Shown: positions 1 through 12,637, numbered from the stretch's first letter. The stretch is 64,000 bases of DNA from Selaginella moellendorffii (GCF_000143415.4 NW_003314262.1:2468603-2532602), one strand, 5' to 3'. Numbers and translations: made by a program. Notes: generated by a model not told the origin, from the sequence alone.

Positions 1-1800
1 CGCACTAGTGCTCTCAAAGATCATCCCTTGCTGAAGAAGATCCTCGACCATGGAGCCTACAATTTCACGTTTGTCTCGTGTCATGCATATAATCGGCCAA
101 GTGATAGAAGAAACTCCTGGCTCCAAGTCAATATGGTGCTATACTCCTGTGCGGTCACTGATAAATGCTGAAAGTGAGCACCTAAACACAAGAAGGTGTG
201 CCTCAAGGATGGCACGCATTGCACTTCTACTTACTTCACAACACTCTTTGCTGATGGAGAGGTGATCGTTTGCTTTCTTCTTAGCTGCTTTCTTCACTGC
301 TTTCTTCTGATCTGAATCTTTCTCGATCACCTCCCTGTTAGACAAGCTTGCTAAAGTCTCTTCTTTCTTCACTGCTTTCTTCAAACCTTCAAAGCAACTC
401 AAGTTGCTACCGTTTTCTTGATTATCATGTCGGGGAGGATTCCTAACTTCTGCTTTCTTCATGTCTGCTTTCTTCACCACTGCTTTCTTTAGTTCTGCTT
501 TCTTCGTATTGTGATCCTCCTCCTCATCTACTTTTCCCCTGCCGAGCTTTAATTCTTCCCTCGGCCAGTCCGAGATAAGGACCTCTTCACCTTGTTTTGC
601 AAACAATAGCATTGTGCTGCCATTGCCAACACAATAGCTCCCATGGAGACTACCCCTTTCAATGCTGTTCTTGGACGTTAACCAATATATCCCCCAACTG
701 TGCCAAGGTCTCCACTCTCAAGTTCTGGAGGTGGAAATAGCTGATGGGGGAACAGTTTGCACAAGAGAGTAGGTTTTCTATTCCTACGACTACGCTGTTT
801 TGGAACTTGACATGGGTCTCCACCTGCTGTGCATGCAACTTCGGCTTCGATAAGGATCACCTATTGATGAAGGTATTAGAGGCGCTAGAATCCAGTAGGC
901 CAAAGGCCTCCCGACCATTAATGTGTCCCTTCAACCTGAAACATTGAGGGCTAGACTTGCCAAAGAATGCTAGACTAGAAATTGTTGCCTTCGCCTCTGC
1001 CAACCCAGGGCGCAATAGCCCATCCTTATGAGCGGCCTCCCAGGTCAACACTTCGTCAGTTTCCTCAACATCATCCATGTTGACTTGCAAGAGATCTCCA
1101 TTCCATCCTCTTTAAAGTACAACATGGCTGCTTGTCCTTGGATGGTTGTCTTGTTCTTATGCACTAGACATGAAAGGTGGTGATCGTGACTCCATTTGTC
1201 TCGGCAGTTGAATCACTTGCCCATCTTCAAATCCTCCATGCATTTAGGTTTTTCCTTAACTGCTTCTCTTCTTGATTGGTCTGGAGCAGTTCCGGTGAAT
1301 GGCAGAATCTCTCAAGAAGGTTGGAAACGACATCCTCCATTATCTGTGCATCTCACTTAGCCCTCAATATCTTAGAACTGTGAATTTGCATTCACCATTG
1401 AAGTTGGTTTTGTTTGAGCAACATCAGCTGCCATGGTTGTGGAAGAGCCGTGATATACTGTTCTGTGAGTACATCTTCCAAAACATTACCGACCTCAAAT
1501 CAATTCCACAACCATGTTGCAAGCCCTACTTCTGGCATAGCATAGATCACAAAGCTTGTTGAATGGGGAATCGGTCACTGGTGTCAAGATGAATGTCTCT
1601 TCCAACGTCTTCTTGAACTGTGGCCACAAAGGAAAAACCTTTGCCTGCTCCAAATTATGGAACCATTCCGATGCCAAATCCTTTAGATGCATCGCAGCGA
1701 ACGGCACCTTCTCGTGATCTCTCCATTGGCTACAAACAAAGTTGTGCTCCATTCCTGGAGCTTCAACCTATTGTCTGCTCCATCATACCGGTCAATGGGG
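1..1800 (-). mobile_element. Degenerate Ty3/gypsy gag-protease-RT(5' part) remnant
   Basis: Minus-strand gag-like FAAMHLKDLASEWF..WPQFKKTLEETF (1495-1752), aspartic protease FRLKGHINGREAFGLLDSSASNTFI (857-950) and RT start HIDLEPG...MVEDLLQQGMIFESTS (~1-135); frames broken by stops and frameshifts; runs off the window edge. Confidence 0.8.
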
Positions 1801-2770
1801 AACTTCTCGCAATCCTACCAGCGAGATGGTGCTGGACTTTGCCTAAGATTTCTTCTCCCGCTAAGACACATATATCGGCTTGCTAGATCTGCTCAATCAG
1901 TTCCTCGTACCATTGAGGTTACTTTGATGATTGGGAGTACCCTCCTTCACAGATGGAGGTCAAGTGAAGGTCCAGCATCGATGCACTATCGGTTGGACTT
2001 TCTTATGCTGTAGCATCGACTGGAGAAGTTTTTAGCACCGTTGACGGTCTTACAGGCTTTTTGGAGATACAACAAGGTGTTCCAGTATCTACTACGTTTG
2101 AAGCAGATTCAGCTTGAGCTTGAGAAGTCTTGGGCAAAAGCCATGCAACGTGATTGAAGGGAATCCTGAGGCCCTCAGATGATCCCAAAGTTTCGGGTAT
2201 GGCATATATCCTACTTGATAACAAATCTACAGTTCTACATACAGGTAAGAGATTCAACAGAACTCATGCTCAATATGCTTTGTTCGCTCAGGTGGATGTT
2301 ATCGACAATGGAGCATCGAAAGGTTCTACAGAAATTCTATTTCATTCCATTCCAAGATTCTAAAGTATTTTTAACTTGATCTTTGTGTAGGTACTTGTCA
2401 GTACGCTCCAACGGCTATAGAACTCCGCCTCCACCCAAGCTGACCCACAGCAGCAGTGCGTAAGCCCTGTGTTGGATTTCTCTGAGAGCAAGCGAGGGAG
2501 ACTTTCTTGTTCCGGAATGGCCCTTTCCCATCTGCCTGTATGCATCAGCATGCTCCCGAAACCCCCTCCTCGCACTGCTTGCAGCAGCGGCAGCATTTGA
2601 GAACCTGTGACTTTCTCCACCATAGGTTTTGACTGATGTTTTGTAAGATCTGATATATGTGTGTTGAAATAAATCATTCATTTTTGTGGTGGAAAAAAAT
2701 ACTAGGGTTTATTGTTAAAAATTGTATGTGTGTAAATAATTTTTTTTAACAACCTTAACATATGAAATAA

Positions 2771-3098
2771 ATTGCTACGCATTGCATGTAGCAATGTTTG
2801 GTTTGCATAATAGTAGTGTTATTCTTACTTGTTAATCTAATTGATCAAATAAAGTTTATGTTTATAATTTATAAACACAAAATTAATCTTATTGCATATC
2901 AACCATTAGATGATAGAATAAAAAAAAATACCAGGAGGGTTTAAGAAAGTTTATAAATTATAAATATGTTTATAATTATAAATACAAGATTAATCTAAAT
3001 AAATAACAACTATTAGATGGTAAAATATCCTAGAATATCTAAACATATTCTTTTTATATCTACTATCCCTCTATAGGTTTGCTTAAGCAAACCAAAAA
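2771..3098 (-). mobile_element. Non-autonomous Helitron2/Helentron-like element, copy 1
   Basis: Palindrome GGTTTGCTTAAGCAAACC at 3076-3093; inverted subterminal TTTGGTTTGCATAA at 2797-2810 next to hairpin ATTGCTAC..GTAGCAAT (2771-2795); homologous copies at 58392-58713, ~34670-34872 and ~62525-62612. Confidence 0.6.
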
Positions 3099-3150
3099 GA
3101 GGGGGGATTCAAATGTAGAAAATTAGGATGTATATCAACTAAATTACTAG

Positions 3151-3357
3151 TGTGAGGTCCAAGTATATGGATACAATGCCGCATACTAATATTAGCATAT
3201 GGATATAATGCCATACATTAATATTAATATAGTGTTATTTTGATAACCATCAGATTGGTTTTAATCTGGACCACTTACTTCTATATATAAATTCGGATTT
3301 TTGGGTTAATTGATATGTATATTTCTATATTTTATTTCCATATTTTATGCACTCACA
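3151..3357 (+). repeat. 5' LTR of gypsy element A
   Basis: TGTGAG...CTCACA termini, internal ~32-bp tandem duplication, immediately followed by a PBS; homologous to the LTR at 62716-62861. Confidence 0.8.
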
Positions 3358-3358
3358 T

Positions 3359-3373
3359 TGGTGGAGATGAGGG
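3359..3373 (+). promoter_or_regulatory. Primer-binding site, probably complementary to the tRNA-Ala 3' end
   Basis: TGGTGGAGATGAGGG one base after the LTR end; resembles the reverse complement of plant tRNA-Ala ...CCCCGCATCTCCACCA with one mismatch. Confidence 0.65.
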
Positions 3374-4328
3374 ACAACTTTGATTATCCAGTGATTGAAT
3401 TTGGGATTTTAATTTAGATCTAGTTTTTACATTGTCTAAATCTCCATTTCTTTATAGCTTTTTCAATTTCTTCTCTTTTCTTTTTTTCATTTTAGTTTAT
3501 TTTCATGGCAGAGCAGTAGCTTCCTCCTCCTTTGACTCCAGAGCAATAATTAATGCAATTGCTCAATGCTATATGGTTGTAATTAAATAATCAAACTCAG
3601 TTGATGGTAATATTTATGACATATGGTACAATTGCTCTTGCTCTTGCTACCAATCTTCACGTTCGGCTAAAGTTCTTCCGTGAGAATCTTGGGGATGATG
3701 AGTACTATTAGTTTGATCACTTTACAGTGATTGCTACATATAATTCTTAGGATGATGCTTAGCATTTATATGAGTTTCCCATGTGTCTTAAGGGGACAGT
3801 ATTGCAATAGTACAATGGTTTGAGCATAACCAGTCGTGCGGATTGGAGTATTTTCCCGGATGCTTTTAAATGCACATTTGGATATGTTAACAATTGTGAT
3901 GATGCTTTCTAATAATTGCATTACTTTTGCCAAAGCCCATTTAAGTCAATGATGCAATTTAGTATTCATTTTTGAAGTCTTTTGTTTCGTTCGAAGCTAA
4001 ATATGTCAAAGCGGTTCAAGTTAGGAATGTTGTGGCTAACACTTTGTCAAGATTTTATAAAATTTATGCATGCACTTGCTCTAGCCACCCTTAATGATAC
4101 TCTTCGCTTGGCACAATGTTATAAAACATCACTTTTTCCACACTTCTTGTTCTACATCCTTCAGCTCCACTTCATGTGGGAGATAATCTTGTTCCAATGG
4201 AAGTTGATGCTGTTGCTGCTTGAGTTTAAGGACAAATGTGAGAATGTGGTCATGGCCATGATATCCATTGTTGGGCATGTGATGAAGTTGGTCACACTTA
4301 TCAGTGTTGTTAACATTTTCTAGATTGG

Positions 4329-5413
4329 TGTAAGGAACCAACTCCCCGAGGTGTCGTAGGTTAAAGGACCCCTGAAAGAATGACCGAAATGACAAAGAGT
4401 TCATCGGATGGGACCGAGTCTAAGATCGAGTCCAAGACCGACTCTAAGACCGAGTTCGAGATAGAGTCCGGAATCGAGTTCGAGGCCGAGTTTGAGACCG
4501 AGTTCAAGACCGAGTTCAAGACGGAGTCTGAGATCCAAAAACGGGTCTGAGACCGAGTCCGAGACCGAGTCTGAAGTTGAGTCCGAGATTGGGTCCGAGA
4601 TCGAGTCCGAAATCGAGTCCAAGACCGAGTCCGAGTACTAATATAGATCAAGGGGTGAAAGCCCAAAGCGTGAGTCTCCCGGGGGGGGGGGCTGCAGAGG
4701 GTTCCAAAAGTATAGTAGGGATAGTGAGGTCTAGAAACCAGTCTTGAAGGAACTCTCTAGTGGTGCGTCTAAACTGACTTGAAATTGAGACTGGGGCCGA
4801 GGGGCCTTGGGTGGGAGTGAGCATGGACTCGGGTGGTGCTGGAGGGGCCACCCAGGGAAGTGCTCAAAAGCAACTCCTGCTCCCGAAAGGGAAACCAACT
4901 GCGGTGCTCCCGGCTCATGTGGAGTGGTGCCCCACTTGAGGACCTTGTGGCTCATTGGTCCTCGCCCTTCCTAGGGGCTTGGGCCTTCCCTTCGGGATGG
5001 AAGTGGGGGGTAGAGGGCCGTTAGGCCATGGTGTTTTGCCTCGGCGTCCCAAAGCAAGTGTTGCACTCAAGACTTGGGATTTAGAGGGTTCCATAATCAA
5101 GTCTTGTGGTACCAAGGGATGTTAGAAATCTGGAGGCTTGGTGTGCTTGGCTGCTTATGTCTACAGGGAGTGTAGCCGAACCTTAAGTTCAATTTAACCC
5201 AGGGAGGGGGATTGAGAGAGATTTAGGAATCCGTGGATGGATGGCTAACACTCCATTGCTCGTGCAATGAGTAGCTAAAACCAAATAGGACCAAGTAGGA
5301 GCTGGTACCATAGGCGGGGAACTTGGCGAGGGAACTTAGCAAAAGCCAAGGCAGTGTTGGACAGATAGACGAAGTAAGCTGACAAATTGGAAAGGAAAAA
5401 TTTGTGGCTTACA
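4329..5413. mobile_element. Solo LTR inserted into element A gag
   Basis: TGTAAG...CTTACA termini flanked by a perfect 5-bp TSD ATTGG (4324-4328 and 5414-5418). Confidence 0.85.
4410..4636. repeat. 12-bp tandem minisatellite (GAGACCGAGTCC-like) inside the solo LTR
   Basis: Degenerate units such as gagaccgagtcc, aagaccgagttc and gagatcgagtcc. Confidence 0.85.
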
Positions 5414-7559
5414 ATTGGCAACCTCCATTTCTTGGGTGGAGACCTTGGCATCAACAACATCTTGTTGGTGCTAATGTAGTGGAAAATTTGGATCCTAAGA
5501 TGCTTTTGGGAAATGTGAGTCACACGAGTAGTAAAGGGTTTTTGTGTGAATAAGTTAATAACACCTCCATCTTTCTTTTGGGAATATTATCAAAGGGTTC
5601 ATTTAGCATCAGTTCATCCAATATTTATTTTCCAAACTCGTTTTTATAAGAAGAGGTCTCATATTATTCTCTTTGTGTTGTTTGATACAAGCTCTAGTTT
5701 ATCTTCTATTGCTTAGCCTGTTGCCATACATTATTGTTTACATTTACGTCATATGGCAAGGTTAATTTTCATTCTTTATAGCAAAGGCTATACATATGCA
5801 TAAGCATAGGATGAAGTAGATCTAGTTATATATGTGGGTGATCTCGAATTTGAGTTGCAGTTATTGTAGGTAGTGCCAAGTCAAGTTTTTGACCTCATCC
5901 TTGATATGGATTGGTTTTGGCGCAATCATGCCAAGTATGATTTTGAGGCTTCTTTCCTTGTCTCATGCTTCCTTATATTTCTTCCATTCCTCTCACTTTT
6001 GTTCCTCTTTATCCCTCTGTTTCAACCTCTACTTTCATCATTTTTGTCTCCCCATTACTTCCTCCTAAGTTTCTATTTTATTCCTCTATTCCCTCTTTTA
6101 ATCCCTCCAATGGTATTTGTGTTACAATGGTTGACCGGCTCATGAAGGAGTATGCTGATCTCTTTGAATTTGATATATAATCTAGGGCCAAAATTGCAAT
6201 ATGTCATCCTATTTCAATTAAGGATACTTATCTAATCAATGTTTTTGTTCATTGTCAGTCATTAAAAGAGATTAAGATTTTACATGCAAGTGTTAGTGAG
6301 ATGTTAGAAAAGGGTGTTATTCAAAAGTCATGGAGTCCTTAAGTATGTGAACCTTATCTTGTGATAAAGCTTGAGTATTCATTTATGCATTGACTCTTAT
6401 TTGTTAAACAAATTGATAATCCTTAATGTGTACCCTCTTCCTCACACTACTGATATCTTTGATTGTCTAAGGAGAAGTTTTTGGTTCACCAAGTTATATC
6501 TTGCTTTTAGATACTGACAAGTGCCCATAGCTAAGGACGATATTCCCAAAATTGTTTTTCATACATTATTTGGTTTGTATGTGTTCTTGGTGATATCGTT
6601 TGGTTTGAACAATGTTTCAGTAACTTTTTAGTGGATGATGGATAAGATTTTTTGCAATATGTCGGAAGTCACTATTGACTTCATTGATGATATTTTAATC
6701 CACTTGGAAGGGATGAGGGAGGAACATATTTGTGATATTTGTAAAGTGTTGGATTGGCTATGGGAAATTGATTTAAAGCTAAAACAATCGAAATGCATAT
6801 TTAGGTCGGGTACTATATTTCTCGTAAGGGTTTCCAAGTTGATCCTGATAAATTTGTGGCTATTTCAAAATTCTCTATACAGAAGTGTGTGAATGATATG
6901 CAATGCTTCCTAGGGAAAGTGTAGTATTTCGATCGTTTTATTGATCATCTTTTTGATTGCACTACACTATTGCGAGTATTGTTGAAGTTGTCAACATTGT
7001 CTTTCATCTGGTCTGTGGACTATGAGTGAACATTTATGGATTTCAAAAGAGCTATTAATGATTCCTCCAGTTTTGGCATATCCTGACTACACTCAACTTT
7101 TCATTTTACATATGGATGTTTTTTATATCAATCTTGGAGGTATGTTAATGTAGAAGAGCCTGAGTATGCTTGTTCAACGCTATCCCATTACATATATCCG
7201 TTATATATTACAACCAGTGGAAGTGAACTACTCCACGACAGAGAAGGAGTGTTTAGTTGCAGCTTGAGGTTTCAAGAAACTCTATGCATATTTACATGGT
7301 ATTTGAATATTATTAAATGGTGATCATATTGCAGTTACTTTATTATTGAAGTGGAAAGATTTAGTTAGTCGTACGGCTCGGTAAGCTTTGAAGCTTCAGA
7401 TATATGATTTTGATGTTGTTCATCGCTCAAAAAGTTCTATAGCTAATATTAATACCCTTTCTCGAGCTTCTCTTCCTTCTTCGCTCTCTTCTTATGTTTT
7501 TGATAAGCCTATAGTTCCAGTATCTGTGGATTTTTTAAGTGAACTTGGTCAACTCTGGT

Positions 7560-10500
7560 CAACAAGATGGTCTATAGGGTAGTCAACATGATGACCAACT
7601 CACCAATGCTTTATATTTGGGGAAGAAATAGTTGTTCTATCGTGGCTCGAAGAGTGAAGATAGCATCAAGGCTAAGAAGCTTCATTTGGACCAATGGGAG
7701 AAAGATAAGGTGGAGGGCAATTGTTTTTATTGCCATAAGGCTAGATATTAGGGCAAGGATTTTTCTAAAGAGGTCAATAAATTCTAAAGTGAATGTGATG
7801 AGATCCATCATGAATACAACTTAAGCATTTGCTATGGTGGTTCTTTCATATCTAGCTTCTTGTGGTTAAGATAGATGCAAATGACATTGCTATTGGAGCT
7901 GTCTTGCTTCAAGTTGGGCATTCTCTTATATGAGCCAAGGAATGGCAACATTATTTGTATGGATCAGACTTTCAAGCGGATTCAGATCATCAGTCCCTCT
8001 AGTATTTTAGTTGAAAAAAGGATCTTTGAGGTTGCCTTGCTCGTTGGCAAGAGTTTCTACAGAAAATGTCTATTAAGATTTTATACAAGCATGGAGGTGA
8101 CAATAAGGTGGTTGATGCATTATCCAAGATAGTAAATTCTATCTCATTCATAAAGTTATCCAGTGATCTCTTGGATGAGCTTAAGAAGTTTTCTAACTTC
8201 GATTCTTTTATCACTGATATTTACGCAAAGGTTTTGTCAAGAGACGCCTCTACAGATTTAAAGGGTGACAAGTTTGTGTCATTTAAGATACAAAATAGAA
8301 TCCTAGTGAAGAAGGGACATGTAGTGATTTTTTGTATTGATAAACTCATCAAATGGATTTTGGTTGAGTGTTATGATGTGTTAAATGTTGGGTATTTGAG
8401 GGTACTAAGAACATATATATTGGTGAAGAAGCATTTCTTTTGGCTTGGGATGAAGTTAGATATTGAGAAGTATGTACATGGTTGTTTGTGTGAGACACAA
8501 ATTCCTAAGCCTCAAAGTGGAGCAAAAAAGGTGCCACATGGTAATGGTTGAAGTAGAAGTCTAACAAACATAACATGTTTAGATCAAAGGCTTTGACTTG
8601 GATCAAAAGTGGGAGTGGAACTTTGAACAAAGTGCTCAAGGGATGAGCACGAAGCAATTGGTGAATGAATCTCTAAAAAGGGACACAAGAAGGATTGATA
8701 CATTGCAAAGTGTCATGACATATGGAAGTGTTAGGAAGGAGTTTAAAATGGAGTTTGAGAAGGAATATGAGATAGAGTCCAAGATGGAGTCTAATATAGA
8801 CCTAAGATAAACTTGAGATGAAGTCTAAGATGGAGTTTGATATAGATCTGAAATGGACCCGAGATAGAGTCCGAGATGGACCTGAGATGGAGTCCAAGAT
8901 GGACCAAAAATAGATTTCGAGATGGACCTAAGATAGAGTTCAAGATGGACCTAAGATGGAGTCCAAGGTCAAGTCCGAGATGGATCTGAGATGGAGTCCG
9001 AAGTCGAGGCCGAGAAAAAGACCAAGACCAAAACCAAGACCAAGACTGAGATCGAGACTGAGACCAAGATTAGTTCGAGTCTCAATCCCAATCTAAATCT
9101 AAGGGTGAAAGCCCAAAGTGATTATATCCCAGACCCTAGGGGGTTTAGTGAGCTCCAAAAGTATAGTAAGGGGGAGTGTGACCAAGGAAGGCTATAACCA
9201 TGTGGTGGGTGATGTTATAACCATTAAAGGCTAGAGTAAACATATATGGAAAAATGGGGTAACTTGGTAAAGTATTCAAGAGTCAGCTCTAGCTCCCTTA
9301 AGAGATCAAATGATTGATGCTCCCAATCCAAATGTGGTGGTGGCACTACCTACTTGGATACTTAAGGTGGCTTATTGGAACCTTGCTCTAGCCTCATGGC
9401 TAGGGCACCCAAAGGCGGAAAGTGGGGAGAGTACCCATGAGGCTTACGTAGGGCAACGGTGTTTAAAAATGTTATTCCAAAGTTCTAAATAGCGGAAAGG
9501 AAAAGGAGCAATCTTCTTATGTAGTGACTAAGGATGTGGTCATGTGGCAAGGAAGCCCCAGAGATCAGTAGGATTTAGTGGTCAATCCCTTAAGTTGGCA
9601 GTGTTGGTGAGCATGGCTATGAATAGAGAGAGACCTGATAGGGACTGAAGAAAGGACATTAAGGAAGGGTGTTTCCCATATCTCTGGTGCTAAGGTGTAG
9701 TCAAGGGATGACCACTCATGGATAGAGGGCTAGTCTTTGAGAGATGGGACTATGATGTAGGTGGTTTTAGACCACTAGTGTGACAAATGTGAATGGGCAT
9801 GACTTTAGTGTAACGTATTGATATGTTAATGGTACCTTTAGGTGTCTATTATGGGATCAAACACATGAAGCACTTGGATTAAGTGCAAAGGTTGAATGGT
9901 ATAGATGCCATTCTAAGGGCTAGCATGTCTTTAAGTCGGGAATAAGACTTATGGAGGTCATGAGTGAGACTCTTCTAAGTGGTTAAAAGTTTCGTTAAAT
10001 GATTAAAGTAAAATGAAAATTTTAGTTGCTTAAAGTTTGACCTACTAAAGGGTCAAAGTTGATCATTAGAAGTTCGCTAGTCTCTATCATCCTCTATATG
10101 TACCCGAAAATAAGTGAAATAGCATTTAGATAAACTTTATCACTAATTTGCTTAAGACCTTTCGAGGAAATTATGCTATTTGGGTTGTTTTGGATCTTTT
10201 GATAAAAATGGCTCACTTTTTCCTAGTGAAGATGACTTTTAAGGCTTTTAAACTTGCTCAATTATTTGTAGACTAATTATTTAATCTTTATGGTTTTCTA
10301 GGTGACATTATGAGTGATTGGGATCCCAAGTTCATACCCAAATTTTAGCAAACAGTTTTTGAGAAGCTAAAGACTAAGTTGAGCATGAGTAGTGGTGAGT
10401 ATCCACAATCAAATAGGTAGATAAAGCATATGAATCAGCTGGTGGAAGATATGTTAAGGTTTTTTATATGACACACAGGGAGTATAGAAGAACTACTTGC

Positions 10501-10830
10501 CTTTGCTTCAATTTGCTCTCAATAATGCTCATTTATCAGTTGTTTTATTTATGATGAGGTTATGAGTTTAGATCTCTTGTGAATTTGAGTTTGGTTTTAG
10601 TTTAAATACCTCATGCTTATGATTTCCTAGAGGATATGCAAGACAAGCTTAAGTTGGCAAAGCTAAACATGAGGCAAACTTCAAGACAAAAGATTGGTTA
10701 ATGAACATTGCCATCATCAAAAGTATAAAGTTGGTGACAAGGTTTTCCTTAAGCTATCATATGTACAACAGTCTCTAAAAGGAGGTGGCAGTGGTAAGTT
10801 GTCTCCACAGTATTGTGGGTCTTTTGGGAA
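7560..10830 (+). mobile_element. Decayed gypsy element B (zinc knuckle, RNase H end, integrase)
   Basis: GNCFYCHK knuckle (~7716), KHGGDNKVVDALSK, integrase Zn-finger FFWLGMKLDIEKYVHGC that resumes after the insertion at 10040 with the integrase core; same family as 55050-55900. Confidence 0.8.
8489..10034. mobile_element. Solo LTR inserted into the integrase of element B, related to 4329-5413
   Basis: Starts TGTGAG, decayed end GCTTAAA, TSD GTTTG (8484-8488 and 10035-10039); 12-bp repeat array at ~8750-9090 and shared motif AAGGGTGAAAGCCCAAAG...CCAAAAGTATAGTA. Confidence 0.8.
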
Positions 10831-11369
10831 ACCGTAAAAGAGTCATGTGGCTCTTGCAAAAATCACATTCAACAAATCTTTTAATAAGCCTTCAAATTAC
10901 CTTGTAAGAATCCTTTATTGTCTTTCAAAACTTTCATGATTCTACCGTTTGGATTAATGTAGGACCTTGATATCATGGGAAGAAGGTTTATCACTCATTC
11001 AGGGAGGAGTTTTAATGGTATGAGAGTTTTGCAAGACATCATGTTTGATTTTTCCATTGCTTCTTATAGGTGAGCCACAACAATCTGGAAGCGTGGACGA
11101 GCTCTGGGTTGTGACAGAAGGAAAACTATCACCATTTCACAGCTCACTACAAAGGACCTTACGTGTAGTGTGAACATAGTGATTGGGGTTTCTAGATCTT
11201 ATGCCAAGCGCCTTGCTAGAGCACAGGATAAATATTTCTGGATCGTGACCATGTTGTTTCAGCACCCATCCTCTTCTGCAAGCTCTTCATCCTCGAATGG
11301 CCCAAAATTCAACTTAGATAATGGGATAGAAAAATCAAAGCATGGTTCTACCCTAATTCAAACAGTGCC

Positions 11370-12049
11370 ATGGGCAATGTTACTACACTCTCGGCTGCGA
11401 CAAATCCAGAGGTGCGTGAGATCGATGACATTTGGGCGAGGTGGGGAAATCCAGGCAAGATTGATAGGATTTTAAAGTGCAATGGTGGAGATCTTGATGA
11501 GGATTTCGCATTGCTCCCTCGCACGGGTATGAAAAAACTTGCACATTTCTCTTTGATTTTCTTTGTGTTCTAGCTCTGTGGCACGGTACGCACATCAATA
11601 ATCTGAAGGCAATAGTGGAAAATGGTCTCGAGATCCCGACAAATTCGAACGCTTTTGACACGTACGGGTGAGTTTGAACTGGTTTTTCTTACTCGTAGTT
11701 TGTCTCTAGTGTTGTGTTTTCTTTGCATCATAGGTACGCTGTCTACTTGACCGATTACATTGGGAAGGCATTGTCCTATGCTACAGCAGGAGCAAAGGGG
11801 TTGCGCGTTGTTCTTCTCTGCGAGGTGGCCTTGGGGAGCATTTTTGAGACACAAGCTGAAACAATGCCTTCGCTGCGAGCGGCCCCTTCTGGCAAAGATT
11901 CACTCGTGTTTGGCAAGAAGAGGGGGATTACTTTCTTGCCAGTGGCACATCTGCAAGTTCCAGTGGAGTTCACACGAGGCCAGGAGAGAATTTTCGCCGT
12001 CTATGACCCCCGGAGGGTGAAAGTGAGGTATGCGATTATATTTTCTTGA
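11370..12049 (+). CDS. PARP-like ADP-ribosyltransferase catalytic domain protein (3 exons, ~188 aa; may have upstream exons)
   Basis: Exons 11370-11526, 11574-11667 and 11734-12049 splice in frame with GT-AG introns; motifs LWHGT..NL.AI..NGL, GYAVYLTD..GKALSY, LLCEVALG, FAVYDPRRVKVRY. Confidence 0.8.
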
Positions 12050-12637
12050 TCATAAAAGATGGAGATGTCCGCGGAGAAGAAATCCTTCGAGGAATGGAGA
12101 ACGAGCTCCTTCCTCGCCTCCTCGCCCCAGTGAGTGTGCGACATCCTGGGAGAGAAGTTCGAAATTTTCCTGGATCCTCAACCTAGCTTCTTAAAAACAA
12201 TCTCGCTCGGGATGATGGACCAAGTCTCTGGGAATCGCTGGCGAGGCTGCTTGCGAGAATGAAAACTATTGTATCTGCCCAGAGATTTACAACCTGGGCC
12301 TGGCAGCTAGGAGGGAAATGACCAGCTTTGAGGTTGCTACGCTTGTGAGCAGTAGTAATCCAACCTTACTGAAACGCTCCATGTATCTTTTTATATCCAA
12401 TGCAATCACTGGTCTTGAAATGCTTGAAACGATCCCACAAAACCCCTGAAAAAAAAAAAAATTTATTTTACATCTAAGAATATGTGACAGAATGCCTTCG
12501 AGGGATTGGAATGTAAGTGAATGTTAATGCTCTTTAATTTAACTTAAAATTTTTTTTATCGCTTCATTTAAATTTAAAAGAGTGAAAACAAACATTAAAT
12601 ATTACTAATTATGGGTCTTTTGTAGATCACTTTATTT

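Larger units (their letters stand above)
3374..7550 (+). mobile_element. Decayed gypsy element A internal region (gag, protease, RT, RNase H), interrupted by a solo LTR
   Basis: Protease-like FDLILDMDW (5885), RT-like FIDDILIH (6680), RNase H-like EVNYSTTEKECL (~7220) and KLQIYDFDVVHR (7391); many stop codons. Confidence 0.8.

Noticed and set aside
4410-4636. Repeat array as CRISPR, or its ORFs (4361-4666, 4401-4622) as genes
   Set aside because: Contiguous degenerate 12-mers with no unique spacers, inside a TSD-flanked solo LTR; the ORFs are repeat artefacts
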